A stretch of 57,388 bases of DNA, filler included, from Hydrolagus affinis (taxonomy: Eukaryota): assembly GCA_012026655.1 (NCBI GenBank). It is 3 parts of 3 records of this genome, joined end to end, with 100 filler letters (N's around TTAATTAATTAA, not from the genome) between each part and the next. Parts side by side here need not be neighbours in the genome. Positions count along the whole stretch, not along the records: positions 1 to 30,196 come from JAAILG010007586.1; positions 30,297 to 47,286 come from JAAILG010016214.1; 1 more part is not named here. The stretch is one strand, 5' to 3'. The translations under genes and the position numbers were made by a program. Positions 21,771 to 33,489 of this stretch are shown here, in pieces. The first letter of the stretch is position 1. Each line of letters begins with the position of its first letter. The notes below the pieces were generated by a model, which was not told where the DNA came from, ran no database searches, and saw nothing but the letters and a program-made list of their open reading frames with translations.

Positions 21771-23479
21771 AGCGTGGTGCGGCTAGGGTGGGTGTTGTGT
21801 AAAGATTATATCAGATATACCAATGGGCCTTCTTCAGTTTAGACAATTAAAACTTTTTTTTAAGTTTGCGTTATGCAGACACTATCACCCACAGCTACAA
21901 CAGAAGCTTACATAGTAAGAATGGAAATCTGTTGTTACATCAACAAAAAAATATATTCCGCAGTATGAGGCTTTAAAGGTGTTACTTTACTGCAATCGGA
22001 ACAGCGTAATTGATGGAAAATGTTCAGAACCCGCAGTCCATATATTATCTGAGAGCGTGAGACTCTTATAAAGGAATTATCGTTTGACATTTACAAAAAC
22101 AGCAGAACGGTTGGGGGTTTAACGCTGAGTTGTTTCATGTCAGATCTATTTTTAGCGGATATGTGAATATTTCAACACCCACGCTTCAAATTTTTTTTTA
22201 CTACTTGACTATTGCACAACATATTGTTGAGCAACTTTTAAGTCAGCCCTTACTGAGTGTTGTTTCATTAATACTGAAGAGATAGAGGGACAAGATGAGA
22301 CTGGTTTATACAACTTGCGTTTTATTGAAAGGCTGATTGTTCATGAGACACAGGAGTTCCTCTTGTTGCAATAGCTAACGAGCTACTTTTAATCAAATAA
22401 TTCAGTAGTTACCTTAAGGATTGATCAGATTTACTGTGAATACATATAGGCAATTAAGCATTGCATTGCACACAGCATACGTGTACTATAAGCAACATTT
22501 TCCAAGAAATTTCTGGAGAGCGTATAATGTAATGTACAAATAAATGCAATTATGGTTGAAATAGGTAAATAGAACAGCAGCACAGGACTAATGTTCACGA
22601 TATTCACTATGTACATATAATATACAACAATATCAGTATCTATCTCTGATGCATTCTTAGATCTTGGTTCCCTGAAGATAGCGGCGGCTTCTTCACTGTG
22701 GTTTCTCGCATGGAGATCTGCTTACTCTGTATTCTTAACGGGAGTCAAATTCAACATGACATAAGGCGCCGCCTCATTTTCTACTTCGAGCATCATCTAT
22801 AAAACATAATGCCACAACAACAAAACAGTTTATTTGTGGAACATCCTTTATGTCGAGAGTACATCCCAGGGCGCTGATAGATTGTTGCCTTCACTGTTCT
22901 CGAGATTGCTGTATATGTAATCATCGGAAAGCTCATAAATTTAAAACATTGCAAATATTTAATAAGTAAACTTACAGTTTTATTGAAAATTCTGTTAAAA
23001 ATTACACGACACTTCATATTTGAATGATACATTAAATCCGAGCATTTGCGCGTAGAGAATATATTTTAAATATTCCTATATATTTATGGTGAACAGTTTT
23101 TTTCCATTGCAACAACCCTGAGTTCAGATTAAATATGTGCTGAAGAACAATTAATGAAGGCGCTTGCTCTTCGCAATGGCACAATCCCTTCTGGTTTATG
23201 TGTGGGCCTTTGAAAGAAATTCAATAAATGAAGTACTGTATACACTTTTGGTTATGTATCGCACAGCCCAAATGTAAAGGATTTAGAAGCTCACAAGCTG
23301 CCTGTCTGTTTTTCTATTAAAAAAAACTCCATCCCAGAGCCCCCCGAATTCTGCCTTTCCCGCAACTGCTTAAAAATCTTTGATGAAACAATCAGGAGAA
23401 TAGATAGTTGAGGGTATAAAATATAAAACCAATAGGTAAAACAGTATAACCTTATATAAATCAGCAGTGACACAGTTGG

Positions 23480-23690
23480 AATAATGTATCCAGGATTGTT
23501 TACTTTGCTTAGGAAATTTACCAGAATGATAACGGGGAAGATACATCTGCCATATGAGCACAGACTGGATGATGTAGAACGTTTCGCCTTGGAACACAGG
23601 CGGTTGAGTGTGGACCTGATAGAGATCTATAAAATCATGAGTTGCGTTGATAGAGTCGATGGAGAGTTTATTTCAAGTGGAAAGTGAGCT
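23480..23690 (+). mobile_element. CR1 fragment
   Basis: RKFTRMITG..LPYEHRLDDVERFALEHRRLSVDLIEIYKIMSCVDRVD. Confidence 0.75.
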
Positions 23691-24684
23691 AGCAAACATG
23701 CAAAAGTGTTGAAACTCTTTAGCACACAACGGGTAGTTAGGTTATACAATCCATCTCGGGATTGCATAACCTATAGGGGTTGCTGAAGTATAGGGGAGAG
23801 GTAGTTAATTTAAATCTATCTCAAGATGTATATTTTTGACCTCAGTTAAAGTCATTTTTCTTATCCCCACTGCCCTATCCCACCACCAGCTGAGGAGCCT
23901 GGCCAGTAGTATAAAGCGCTTTGGGATTTCCTCCAGACTTGAATCGCGCTATATAAATGTATATCTGTGCTGTACTGTTAAATGTCGCCATAATTTACAA
24001 TAACCTCTTAGAATTCTACACCTGCATTTCTATTGATACCTGATACTATGCTCTGTTTATATAAACAATCTGCATTTGGGTATATAGGGCACAATTTCCA
24101 AGTTGGCTAAAGAGACAAAAATGAATCATTGAAGAGATATCAAGACTGGTAGATTGGACAGACAGATTATATATTAAACGTAGAAAAGTACGGTTGTATA
24201 TTTGGGGATTTGTAATCGGGTCTGGCAGCGGGCTGCGGGTTCAGTGGCCCAGGCATAATATGTACTTTACATTATGAAACATTATCTACACATAGTTTGT
24301 AAAACAAATTAATTGTAGCGCTATGTGCAAAAAAAGACAGATTAGTGGGATGTGGACTCCTTAAAGATTAATGAGAGACACTGTAGGGTGAATGGTCTTC
24401 TGTTCTGTACACTTCTATGGTTGTACCACAGTAGATTTCAGACATGCGTTGCATGGAAATTTCTGATTAAACATGAAGCTAAATATATGTAGCGAGACAT
24501 TCTGTGAAGACATTGGCCTTTATGAATTGATCGCATCATATTAATCATTGGAACTGCTTTACACGATTTTCCTCAGATTTTCTCACCTTGCCCCCATCCC
24601 CCAGACTATCAAACCTGTTAACTGAATTGTTGTATTCAATTATATATTTACATTCACATTAACTAAAATAGGAATGAATCTTAC

Positions 24685-24798
24685 CGTTCCTTTTTTTCAA
24701 ATTGCATTGATTCCCAATGATGATCAAAAGCAGCAAAAATACCAGGCCTCCCCCTACACATCCAGCGATCAGTAGGTAGTCAGTCTGAGAGTAATTCT
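24685..24798 (-). CDS. Gene B transmembrane exon
   Basis: ENYSQTDYLLIAGCVGGGLVFLLLLIIIGNQCNLKKRN; 114 nt, the same length as the gene A TM exon. Confidence 0.9.
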
Positions 24799-27700
24799 CT
24801 GCAAGAACATCATAAACTGAGGGTCAGTGATCCCAGCAATGTATTGGTTTTTCAGTAATAGCAATCATGTAGAACATACAGGAATTTAAGATATACATTT
24901 GATAATCTCACTTCTAATTGAACAGAATCCAAGAGTTTGAAGGTTGATGAGTTTTTTAAGAGTCTTCTCGGGGACTAGTATGAATATGTGAATCTGATTT
25001 GATATATATTTCTATGGAGTATACGGACAGAAAATGATATGATTCTCCATTGTCTTCAGTACAAATAAAAATGAAATATTTTCCAATGATAATCTAGCTA
25101 ACAGCAAGTCATTGTAGGATATCTGTAAATTACCTGTGATGGGTTTCGAAATGATGTAGACGCCAATCACTGGAGTGGTGAGGGCGACGTGCTTTGCCAC
25201 ACAGGTATAAACAACCCCGCTCTGTACAGGTTGTGTGTCTTCCATATCAACTTCGAAAAGTCCATCTGATTTTCTCTTTTTTGTCAGATTTGTCCCAGTA
25301 ATAATTTCAATGTCGTCTTTATACCAAGTGAGCGTTATATCCTCCGGGTAAAACCCAGCCGTTTTACACACAAGAGTCTGAGATGTCAACGAATCTCTGG
25401 GGAATATCTTTGGCGAAGTCGGGGGGACTGTAGGACAGACAATGGAGCAGAATTGCATTACTTTTGATCAGTTGGAATGTACAACTTTATTCCCATTTGA
25501 ATTGTATATGAAATCTTTCCCTGCAACAGTATAAGAGGGAAAGTCCTCCGAGACTCTAACCATGTGAGGGCGCAATTCAAATGTTGTTAGAACAAGGAAT
25601 CTAGATTATAACGGAAAGAGACTGATCCTGTTTTTTTTAAACAATGTTTAGGGCAGCAAATGATAAAAAGATGCTTTGCAGGAGTTCCAGCTGTTATTCA
25701 GCCGATTAATAGGTGGATGAAAGGATTTAGGTACGATGATAAAATGGGTAAACATGGTGTATATTTGATGGATTTGGGAAGAATGGCAGGTAATTTTATT
25801 GAGCTGTCAACGAATGCCAAAGTATTGCAGGATGCATAATTTTGATAGAAAACAACAACAACAACAAAATTGCACTTGTATCAGTGCTTTTCACATTGGG
25901 AGGACGTCCCAAAGCGCTGAACAGCCTGGTCGGGACCCGAACAGAGGGGGGAGGGTCGGGGGAGGGGGAAGAGTTAGTGGAGGGGCTGAAGGCGCGGTTG
26001 AAGAGGAAGCTCTTGAGACCGGCCTTGAAGGAGGAAAGGAAGGAAGCGAGGGGGAGGGGCTGCGGGATGGATTTCCACAGTGTGGGAGCAGAGAGGCTGG
26101 AAGCCCGGCTGCTGATGCTTGGGCGGTTAGGGCGGTGGACGCGGAGCAGGCCTGAGTCTGCTGAACGGAGGGTGTGGGCGGCTGATAGGGAGACAGTAGT
26201 CAGAAAGATAGGTGGGGGCAAGGCCGTGAATGGCCTTGAATGTGAGGACGAGGATCTTGAATACGATCTTGAATTAGACGGGTAAAAATACTAAGGTATC
26301 CAACTGTCAAATTTTGGCTGAACCTATTAGATGTGAAATGAAACAGTTCTACTCACATGCAGTTCAGTGAAATTATGAAATTATGGAATCCACTCCGGTA
26401 AGTGGCTTTAAACGCCAATTAAAGTTTGATATTCAAAATGGAGAGATAGGGGTTTGAAAGAGGATTGAAAGTGGCGCGTGAAACAGAATTAAATATTCTG
26501 CCACCATTCTCGAGCAATAATAACCTACATGACTATGAACCATAGAATAGTATCCCGGAGAAAACTGGAAATTGCATTAAAATTAGAGAGAAAGCAAAAT
26601 CTCTCCATTCACACCAAGATTTATTCTGTTCTGATCTCCTTTTTTTTTAATTTCGTAAGTTTCCAACCAATTTTGAATGATTAGAGTAGAGCATTCAAAA
26701 TAACTTAAGGACTGATTGTGGGACATTGTTTCACGTAGATATTTGAGGGCATCTCATATTGTCTACCTGTTTTTAAACATTTACGTTTCATATAAGTTAG
26801 GAAACTGTCAACATCTGGACCAAATAGGGGGAACCTCAAGCCACAGAGCACTCTCTAATAATAATAATAATCATCCTAGCATTTGATATAACGCTTTTCA
26901 CGTCTTTTAAACATCTCAAAGCGCTTCATAGAATATACTATAAAGTGAATTCTCTATATATTTGTGGACGAATCGCAGCAACCAATTGTGCATAGCGGTG
27001 CCCGCAAACATTCGTAGATTGAAATCACCAATTTATTCAAGTTTTTTTTAGGGATTATTATTAGTCGTGTGGAGTAAGGAAACTTGCCAAAGGTTTCGCC
27101 CTGTCTGGATTCAAACATATGGGTCTCACGCTTGTAAGGCGAGCGCTCTATCCACTGAACTACAGATCTCCAGCATGATATTGGATTGTCAGTGTACACT
27201 GTGATCTTCATGTATTGATGTGGAACAATCTGAATCAATGCGTTCAGGACAGAATTAAATATCATACAGAATTAAATATCATATAATTAAATATCATAGA
27301 GATATAAATATCATATAGATTAAATATCATATGATAGCGGTAGGTGGGATACATGCATTTGATAGCATTGCTTAACGCAGTTATAAAGGAACCCAAATTC
27401 CCACTTTGCTGAGTGGTATAAACCCGCTGGCTCACATCAGCACAGCAACAAATGGGCAGAATTGTACTAGAAAAATATTCTACTGATTAATGTGTTTCGG
27501 GTTAAAATCAAATCTGTTCCCGTGTACTGTGCAATCATAGCCTTTTGTGAGAGTTGAAAATTAACCAAATAATGTACCCGTAACAATGTCAAATTGTCCC
27601 CAATACATTCCCCGTTACTATTCTGTCCACACTTACCATGTACAGTTAAACTTGTTCCAGTTCCATTTCCTGCTAGTTTCCCCTGACGGATTATTGCACA

Positions 27701-28202
27701 GTAATAGACTCCGGCGTCGTTGAATTTTACATTTAGAAGTTGGAACGTTTTGCCATCAAATATTTTCCTGTTATCAGGTCTTTGATGTAAATAGTCACTC
27801 TCTCCTTGCTTCCACCAGTAAAATATTGTATTTGCTTCCTCTTGAATAGCCTTGCAGGCGAAGGTAATCTTTTCACCTTGTATTCCTGTTATTTCTGTAG
27901 GATATTGAATCACTTTCATTGTTGCACCACCTGTAACTGAGAAAATAACACACATCGATAACAAGCGATTGTGGAATCTACAATTGATGATTATAGAGTG
28001 GAAGAAAGGTGAGAAAATAGGTGTAGGGAAGGAGAGAGAGAGAAGGCGGAAGAGAGAGGAAGAACGATGGATGCATTCACTTAACATATTTTGAAATTCT
28101 TCATCGATATCGATCTGTATTTAAATGCACTGTTGTGAAACACTTACCTGTGAAGATAATCCCCATTAGAGAAAGACAGGGGGACATATCACTGGCCACC
28201 AT
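24685..28202 (-). CDS. Gene B: paralogous non-rearranging VJ-C1-TM receptor; cytoplasmic tail unresolved, apparently short
   Basis: Exons 28202-28148 (leader), 27936-27637 (V), 25427-25134 (C1) and 24798-24685 (TM). All GT-AG, phase 1, open. Candidate tail exon from 24614 (GLIVWGMGAR*). Confidence 0.88.
25134..25427 (-). CDS. Gene B C1-set exon
   Basis: VPPTSPKIFP..LVCKTAGFYPEDITLTWYKD..DGLFEV..VYTCVAKHVALTTP; canonical C1 motifs GFYP and Y-x-C-x-x-x-H. Confidence 0.93.
25855..26285 (-). mobile_element. L2-related 3' fragment in the gene B V-C1 intron
   Basis: AACAACAACAACAAC tail; LRSADSGLLRVHR..SSLSAPTLWKSIP..FKAGLKSFLFNRAF. Confidence 0.75.
27062..27172 (-). mobile_element. tRNA-derived SINE; other copies at about 38515-38630(-), 39585-39690(-), 44710-44812(-), 46165-46228(-), 53590-53675(-) and 55212-55312(+)
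   Basis: Pol III A/B-box head (GTAGTTCAGTGGATAGAGCG..GTTTGAATCC) followed by a shared body ending TTTCCTTACTCCACACG. Confidence 0.75.
27253..27332. repeat. Minisatellite, about 5 copies of AATTAAATATCATA
   Basis: Visible tandem repetition with a 16-18 bp period. Confidence 0.85.
27637..27936 (-). CDS. Gene B V-set exon with J-like motif
   Basis: MKVIQYP..ITFAC..FYWWKQG..DAGVYYCAIIRQGKLAGNGTGTSLTVH. Confidence 0.92.
28148..28202 (-). CDS. Gene B leader MVASDMSPCLSLMGIIFT
   Basis: ATG plus G|GTAAGT donor; same phase and position as the gene A leader. Confidence 0.8.
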
Positions 28203-29399
28203 TGTGATCAGTTGTTCGGACTCGCTCTGAGCCTCTTGCTGGTGTAACATGGGTTTGCTGGTTGTCTAATATAAAATAATTGGCAGTGTCATGTGACTTC
28301 CTGACAGCGATCAGTTCGATGTGATTTGCAAAGAGAATTGTGCGTTTCAATTGTAACTCAAATCTCTCATCGGATCTGCAGAGAAGGGGAGGGTTACATT
28401 TCCATGTATTATCTGTGTTTGTTTTCTGCGTTCTTCCATTGCCTCTTCCTTTTCATTCCCAAATTCACATTTATGATAAGTACATAAGTAGCTATGTGTC
28501 TTTATAGCTGAAATATATAACTGAAGAAGCCACACTCTCACCAGGTTAAGATCAGTTGTAGCGCATAAAATGGAACGAAAATCTACACTGGAGCACACTG
28601 AGAGCCAAAATGATCTTTGAATTAAACACAAAGATTTGATTCGTTCAACGTTGTGAATAAAGGTACAATAATTCCTGTTGAACCTGAGTGTGTTCTGTAG
28701 ATTTCTATAAATGTATCTCTCAATGAATGCAATACCAGTGTTACAACTGCATTAGATAAATAACTGTGAATAAATAATAATAACCTTGTACACGTGATTG
28801 ATTCGTGCGTATTTTTGCACACGGCAATCGATAATAATAAAGTAAGTAAAAATACAAGTACAGTATATTACAGTAAGATAAGATCTGCCTCTCATGATTC
28901 TATCAGTTTTGACCCTGATAACAAGATGATCTGCATCAGCCCTTCACAAATGGTTGACCACATTGTACGTTTCTGCGTCGTTTGACCCTCCTCTCTGGGA
29001 GGGTTCGGGAAATTGAGTTCATGTAATGAGTGTAATTCGTAAGTATACGTAATCATTAAAGCTACTTCAAGCTTCTGACTCAAGGTGAGAGGGGGTACCA
29101 AATGATCCAGCCTAATACCCAACACTGGGTTCACTTCACACTCCTCGGCAGCTTCAGTTGAGCTACTTGGACATATTTGTAAATCAAATGACTACATATT
29201 ATTAAAATACACATTGAATGGATTCCATTCCAATACAGATAAAAGCGTAATTGATAGTTAAATCAGTTATATTGTTAACATTTAAACATTAACATCATGC
29301 CATATTATCGAGACAAACTCTAATATATTAAATCTGTGGAGTACCAACAACTCAATGTGTTGGATTGTCCTAAAGGGGCAATATTGAGCTAAAATAAAG

Positions 29400-29812
29400 G
29401 GGCAAACATACCACTTTATAAATCAGTGATGCAACCACACTTGAAATAATGAGTGCAGTTATGTTCACCGCAAAAGGAAAGGGATATTGCATTGATTGAG
29501 AGGAAACTGCTAAGGGAGATGGTAAATTCATAGTCAGATGTAATCCGTCACAATTAAAATTGAGATTGGTGAAAGTGGGAGAGCTGAATAACGAGGGAGA
29601 TGAGCAGAGTGTGTCAAGCGGGGAAAAGAAGCCCAGTGATAGGGTACTGGTGAATATGAATATTAAGAATATGTTAACTAGGGATAAAAGCTTGGCAAAG
29701 CAGATAGGGAATCAGAGTAGGAGAAATGGTAGGAACTTAAAAACTTTATATCTGAATGTACGAAGCATTCAGAATAAAACGGATGAATTAAAGGCACAAT
29801 TAGACACTAGGG
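29400..29812 (+). mobile_element. CR1-type LINE 5' fragment reaching the start of the APE endonuclease
   Basis: RNLKTLYLNVRSIQNKTDELKAQLD is the typical CR1 ORF2 N-terminus. It is truncated by the next element. Confidence 0.7.
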
Positions 29813-29950
29813 AACGTCGATATGGAAATTTTCCCGATTAAATATATCGATGGGCTCATATCGAGATATACCGAAATATCGATTTTTCGTACTGCGCATG
29901 CGCGCGCATTCGGACTACGCGCGCATCCCGGGTGCGCGCGCATTCGGGGC
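29813..29950. mobile_element. Second, inverted and partial copy of the CpG-rich MITE-like element
   Basis: GATATGGAAATTTTCC..TGCGCATGCGCGCGCATTCGG is the reverse complement of 3915-4020. Confidence 0.7.
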
Positions 29951-30196
29951 CTATCTTCTCAGGAGGTAAATATCTTTCTCTCTCTGTGTCTCTCACCCTC
30001 TCCATCTCTGTGTTTTTCTGTCTGTGTGTCTCTGTGTCTCTCTCCCTCTCTCCTCTCTCACATCCCCCCCATCTCTATCTATCTATCACATCCACCCTGT
30101 CTCTCCCACTCAACCCCACGCCGTCCCTCTCTCGCACCCCCCACCCCTGTCGTCTCTCTCCCCCTCCCCCCAGCCGTCTCTTTCTCCCTCACCCCC

Positions 30197-30296
30197 NNNN
30201 NNNNNNNNNNNNNNNNNNNNNNNNNNNNNNNNNNNNNNNNTTAATTAATTAANNNNNNNNNNNNNNNNNNNNNNNNNNNNNNNNNNNNNNNNNNNN
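30197..30296. other. Assembly gap: 44 N + TTAATTAATTAA + 44 N
   Basis: Fixed 100-bp spacer with a linker carrying stops in all frames; identical structure at 47287-47386. Confidence 0.95.
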
Positions 30297-31161
30297 CTCA
30301 CCCCATAGCTCTCGCCTCCCCACATAGCTACCACACTTCCCATAGCGACTCCCAGCCCCCCACCCTCCACACACACCTCAATCTCTGAATGAGGTTCAAG
30401 CAGTAACTCTCTTGCACCATTGTAGACTCAAAATTGCTCTCCGGCCTTAAGGGAGGAAAATATATACAAGTTGTTGTATTTGTTCTTGTCATCAAAGGGG
30501 CAATATATCACAACATATTCTGCTGTGAAGTAACTTAAGTGTGTATACATTGGGGAGCGTGACAGCCAGATAACACTGTTCAAGGGCGGATGCGTTCCAG
30601 ATACTCTTGTGAATGGAACCAACCACCAGAACACACTGCATATTTTGCAGCTTCCTACGCTATGGAAAGTAGTCCAGCGGCGCTGTGCCTTCAGTTATTT
30701 TGGAGCCGAGATACAAGTTGGCTGCTCAGGTGGGGTGGAGGGCTGGGCGGGTGCAGATGGAATGGTGACTAACTCTACGGTCAAAGAGGAGAATTACAAC
30801 AAGAAAATTACATTTCTCTGGCGAACTGAACACTGGGCAGATATGCCAGGTTACTGGACAGTTAATGTTTCGCACCAGAGTTTGGGCTCGGAATCGGGAA
30901 GTTTGAAAAGCAGTGGGAGTTGGAGGTTGATTAGAAGCACAGTCTATATAGAGTACCTGTAGATGGGTCTTGAGGGAAATGAAAGAGAGAGAGGGCGAGA
31001 CAAACGTACAGCAATATAGAGCTCCAGGGTATGAGGGCGGAGAATCAACCGACCATCAATGATTTCTTTAGTTTATTGGATCATTTAATCGATTCCCCGC
31101 GAGGCCTCCAGGCCTGACCAAGATTCCTCACACTTTCCAACAAGATGTACAAAATGAAAGC

Positions 31162-31200
31162 AGTTTCTGTTCGAGGCCTGCAGTGTAGTCAACCAGTGTG
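31162..31200 (-). other. 23-RSS of V pseudogene A1
   Basis: CACACTG - 23 nt - ACAGAAACT. Confidence 0.85.
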
Positions 31201-31516
31201 GTGAGACTGAAGGCACAGTGATACTCTGCGCTGTCAGATACCAGCAGCTCAGAGATGGATAAACTGGTGCTAGAACTAGATTCCTGTAGCTGGTGAGCGA
31301 AACGGTTTCCAAATACTGTTCGTTTCACTAGATCGCCATCACCAGAATATATCTCCAGAATGTAACCTCTGGGTGTTTGTCTCGGTAATGTCTGTAACAG
31401 AATAGATAGTAATTGCTGGCAGTAATGGTGCAGGTACATACAAGATTGGCAGCTTCTCCTTCTTTCTTAGCCATCGTCGGCAGCTTTCTGACTGACGGAA
31501 TCGGCGTCACAGAGTT
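31201..31516 (-). pseudogene. TCR alpha/delta-type V pseudogene (family A, copy 1)
   Basis: Homologous to the V at 32706-33018 but has a +1 insertion giving an early TAA, a +2 TA duplication and Trp41>Cys. No leader found. Confidence 0.85.
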
Positions 31517-31879
31517 CTGGAAGAAACCATTAAAAGCACGGCGAAATATTATTCACTAAATTCACAGTTCATTTGTCAGCAATGGAACAATAGTTAGCAA
31601 TACGTTTTTCACAACGTGTTATAGCATCTTTGAGGCGCCTTAATGCGCTGTCCAGAATAGCAATCAAGTGATAAACTGTACATTTTGTCGCCAGAACATG
31701 TCAGCTAATTTTGCACAGCAAAGCCTCACAAAGAGTTGTGGGATGAGTTACTGAACGATTATTGGCACATACATAATTCATTGTTACCATCGGAAAAGAT
31801 ATCTGCCTGTCTGGAAAACAAAGGTTAAAATCGATAAATATTTTTTTTTATTATTAAGGTATGGGTTCAACCCCGTGAT

Positions 31880-32245
31880 AAATCCACTGCATTCCTACAT
31901 TCAAGATCCTGGTCCTCATGCATAAAGCCCTCCACAACCTCGCCCCACCATATGTGACTCAAATACCTTCACTAACCTGACATCCCCCTCACTCCGCCCA
32001 GCAGCCTCTGGCCTGCTCCATGTAACCCTACCCTCCCGCACTACTATTGACGGGCGATCCTTCAGCCACTCTGCCCCCAACATTTGGATCTCCATCCCGA
32101 AGTCCCTCAGCCTCGCCGCGTTTTCCTTCAAGTCTCGTCTCCAGATTGTCGTCTTCAGTGGACCCTAATCCATTCTCCCCACCCACTGTCCTCATCTTGG
32201 GTCTGTAGTGAAAGGCGCTATACAAATGTAATTTTGTTGTTGCTA
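31880..32245 (+). mobile_element. L2-related 3' fragment/SINE
   Basis: L2 3'-end sequence ending AAAGGCGCTATACAAATGTAATTTTGTTGTTG. Confidence 0.7.
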
Positions 32246-32666
32246 TTGTTTATTGGACAGTTTCTTTACTGCAGATTAGTTAGGAGCTTCGTTTTGGAAG
32301 AAAGTTGAAATAGCTTTGCAAGCTGGAGATGAAGATTTGCACATGCCTCGCAAACAGTACCGGAATAGTTGTCCTTTACACGATTTGTCTACAGATAAAA
32401 TAAATTAAAAGATACATTGTATTTGCAAACTGACTTAAATGAATAGTATCTGGACCTATTGCTCCCAACTCGTTCACTAATTGCTCTCTGCATTTATTGT
32501 AACGTATAATGATGTGAGAGTTTAGCTGACCAGCTGACGGGAGGGGAATGTGGTTTCCTCTGAGTCTGGCTGCTGAAGTGTCTGTTCCCCGTAGGGCCTG
32601 AAGGCCTGACCGAGATTCCGCACACGTTTCAAACAGACAGATTGTCCCTATGTATAAAATGAAGGC

Positions 32667-32705
32667 AGTTTTTGTACGAGCCGTGCAGTGTAGTCAACCA
32701 TAGTG
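32667..32705 (-). other. 23-RSS of V A2
   Basis: CACTATG - 23 nt - ACAAAAACT. Confidence 0.85.
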
Positions 32706-33489
32706 GAGAGACTAAAGGCACAGTAATACACTGCGCTGTCAGATACCAGCTGCTCAGAGATGGATAAACTGGTGGAAGAACCAGATTTCTGTAGCTGAGC
32801 AGAGAAACGGTTTCCAAATCCTGTGGCTTTGACTGGATTGTCACTCCAAGAATATCTAAGGACTATAAACTCTGGGTGTTTGTCTGGGTAATGTCTGTAC
32901 CAGTAGACAATGTAACTGTTGGCAGTAGTGGAATATGTGCAAACTAAATCGACAGTACCTCCATCTTTCTTAACCACCGTGGCAGCTTTCTGAATGACAG
33001 AATCAGCGTCACAGAGTTCTGTAATAAACGAAGGAAAGCACAGCTAAACATTCATAGAATCCTGGAATCTTACGGCATAAAGGAGGCCATTCGGCCCATC
33101 GAGTTTGTGTCGGCTCTTTGAAACGAGCAATTCAATCCCACTCCGCAGCTCTCTCCCCATAAATGTGCAAAACTGTCCTCCACAAATAAACATCTAACTT
33201 TTAAAATATATTTTTGCATCGGCCTCCCTACCTTTTCAGGCAATGCTTTCCAGATGCCAACAACGCGATGAATGAAAAAAAACGTTTCCTCAACTCCACT
33301 CTACTTGCTTTGGAAACTATTAGATCATGTCAATTGCGAACTGATTGTTCTGTCCACTCAGCTATAGGTCTCCCTCCAACAATTGTTGTTGAAATGGAGC
33401 TAACAATCAGCAGCGACGCTGAATTAGTTCAACACGACCTCACCTGCCGTAAAGGTTCCCAGCACTAGACAGACAGCAAACAGCCTCAT
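32706..33489 (-). CDS. Intact TCR alpha/delta-type V segment (family A, copy 2)
   Basis: Leader 33489-33444 MRLFAVCLVLGTFTA. V exon 33018-32706: DSVIQK..DLVCTYS..YWYRHYP..RFS..LSISEQLVSDSAVYYCAFSL, with Cys23, Trp41 and Cys104 present. Confidence 0.9.
33055..33300 (-). mobile_element. CR1-type 3'-tail repeat; further copies at about 34012-34265, 40675-40915 and 42236-42490
   Basis: Shared CATAGAATC..ACGGCACAAAAGGAGGCCATTCGGCCCATC start on +, similar to the CR1 end at 17270-17340. Confidence 0.7.

Larger units (their letters stand above)
18830..23300. repeat. Duplicated non-coding block 3' of gene B (copy 3), interrupted by L2 insertions
   Basis: 18860-19590 matches 1-1000 and 3330-3440; 21900-23300 matches 1230-2640. 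Confidence 0.75.

Noticed and set aside
28892-29134. 80-aa minus ORF upstream of gene B
   Set aside because: No Ig motifs, splice sites or start context.
30241-30252. TTAATTAATTAA palindrome, repeated exactly at 47331-47342
   Set aside because: It is centred in identical 44N-12-44N spacers: an assembly or scaffolding linker, not biology.
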